A program made the translations under genes and the position numbers. A stretch of DNA of 19,285 nucleotides. Origin: a virus. Taxonomy: Duplodnaviria > Heunggongvirae > Uroviricota > Caudoviricetes. This document shows positions 18,128 to 19,285 of this stretch, in pieces. Positions within the stretch are counted from its first letter, which is position 1. Every line of letters begins with the position of its first letter. The notes below the pieces were generated by a model. The model was not told the origin of the DNA. It saw only the letters and a program-made list of their open reading frames with translations, and ran no database searches. The DNA is taken from positions 1 to 19,285 of IMG/VR virus record IMGVR_UViG_2639762844_000001, one strand, 5' to 3'.

Positions 18128-19285
18128 TCACACCACCTTTTCATCGATCCAATCCGCCCACCATTGCATCATTTCTCTGCGCTTATCGAGATACTGAGCA
18201 TGGTTGTAAATCCCGCGCACAGATCCGCCGTTGGCATGTGCCAGTTGCATTTCAATGGCGTCTGCAGGCCATTCGTGCTCGTTCATAATCGTGCTGAATT
18301 CATGCCTGAATCCGTGACCGCTTTCCAGACCCTCATAGCCGATTTGTTTGATCACAAGTAGCACCGCGTTCTCGCAGATTGGCTTTTTCTTATCGTTGCG
18401 CCCGGCAAAAACAAACTCTGATACTGGTTTGGTGATAGAGCTTAGCGTAGTGAGAAGTTCAACTACCTGGTCTGACATAGGAACCACATGAATTTTGCGA
18501 CCCTTCATCACACTGGCGTCGATGGTGATAATCCTGTTTTCAAAATCGACGTTCTTCCATAGCATGGAACGAAGCTCTTTCGTTCTTAGGGCTGTGTAGC
18601 GTAAAACTTTTGTCGCAATGAGCGATACGATACTTCCTGAAAATGTTGCAAGTGCTTTGTTGAATGCCGGGATCTGGTCTGCAGGTAAAAACGGGAAGTT
18701 CTTCTTGCGGTATCCTTTCATGGCGTCTGCAAGGTCAGGTGCCGGGTTATATTTAGCCCTTCCGGTGACAATAGCGTAACGGAAAACCTCGCCGCATCTT
18801 CTGCGGGCTTTGTTGGCTCGCTCCATTGCACCGCGATCTTCAAATCTGCGGATTACTTCCAGCAGTTGCATCGGCTCAATATCCTGAATTTCAAGGCTGC
18901 CGATGATGGGTAAAATGTCGTCATCAAACATTTTTGCAAGTTCAGTCGCATACCCTACTGACCATACTTGCTTCTTGTGATCGTACCATTCCTTGTAAAT
19001 CGCACTAAAGGAATTGTTGTTAGACGAAGCCTTTTTCGCCTTTACCGGATCGATGCCAACCGAGATATCTTTCCTCGCAGTCCATGCTTTACCCCTTGCC
19101 TCCTGCAAAGTCATAAGCGGATATTTTCCGACGGTCAGGATTTTCTCCTTACCGCCAATCTTGTAGCGAAGCTGCCATACCTTTTTCCCGGATACAGGCA
19201 CATAAAGGTACAGACCATTACCATCGAGAAGGCGGTATGGTTTTTCTTTCGGCTTTGCTGCTTCAATCTGCTTAACGGTGAGCAT
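18128..19285 (-). CDS. intS: P4-type tyrosine integrase of the argW prophage (IntS-like), 385 aa
   Basis: Near-identical to K-12 IntS as recalled (MLTVKQIEAAKPKEKPYRLLDGNGLYLYVPVSGKKVWQLRYKI...); catalytic-domain residues (R...HxxR...Y) present; the start codon is the last base of the window, so promoter, att site and argW are outside. Confidence 0.95.
   Translation of the reverse strand: MLTVKQIEAAKPKEKPYRLLDGNGLYLYVPVSGKKVWQLRYKIGGKEKILTVGKYPLMTLQEARGKAWTARKDISVGIDPVKAKKASSNNNSFSAIYKEWYDHKKQVWSVGYATELAKMFDDDILPIIGSLEIQDIEPMQLLEVIRRFEDRGAMERANKARRRCGEVFRYAIVTGRAKYNPAPDLADAMKGYRKKNFPFLPADQIPAFNKALATFSGSIVSLIATKVLRYTALRTKELRSMLWKNVDFENRIITIDASVMKGRKIHVVPMSDQVVELLTTLSSITKPVSEFVFAGRNDKKKPICENAVLLVIKQIGYEGLESGHGFRHEFSTIMNEHEWPADAIEMQLAHANGGSVRGIYNHAQYLDKRREMMQWWADWIDEKVV

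Noticed and set aside
18040-18361. Plus-strand ORFs at 18040-18288 and 18107-18361
   Set aside because: Antisense to the 3' end of intS and to the cargo-gene promoter region.

Overview
The window runs from the sucrose permease gene cscB (1-1248) into a defective mosaic prophage of about 17.6 kb that sits at the argW tRNA site, of the KplE1/CPS-53 type known from E. coli K-12. All protein identifications are from reading the sequence and from memory of known proteins; no database search was run. The prophage boundary is a 15-bp copy of what I recall as the argW 3' end at 1690-1704 (minus orientation); the P4-type integrase intS ends exactly at the window edge (18128-19285, minus), so argW and the other att site lie beyond 19285. 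From left to right the element holds: the excisionase-like gene torI (1778-1978), an unrecognised 114-aa gene, an AT-rich opposite-strand membrane-protein gene (2690-3292), a lambda-like early-left block that is collinear with phage lambda (TraR-like orf73, orf63, orf60a, exo, bet, gam, kil, cIII, ea10; 3503-7014), a complete 1250-bp IS911 (7155-8404) with no target-site duplication, a Mu/SfV-like tail module that begins with a truncated tail-tube gene (8405-16945), and an AT-rich 195-aa gene next to intS (17347-17934) in the position where K-12 carries gtrABS. The phage regulatory, replication, lysis, head and tail-sheath genes are absent, apparently removed by an IS911-associated deletion. 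The two best candidates for something undescribed are the integrase-proximal AT-rich gene and the AT-rich membrane-protein gene; neither can be assigned a function from sequence alone.
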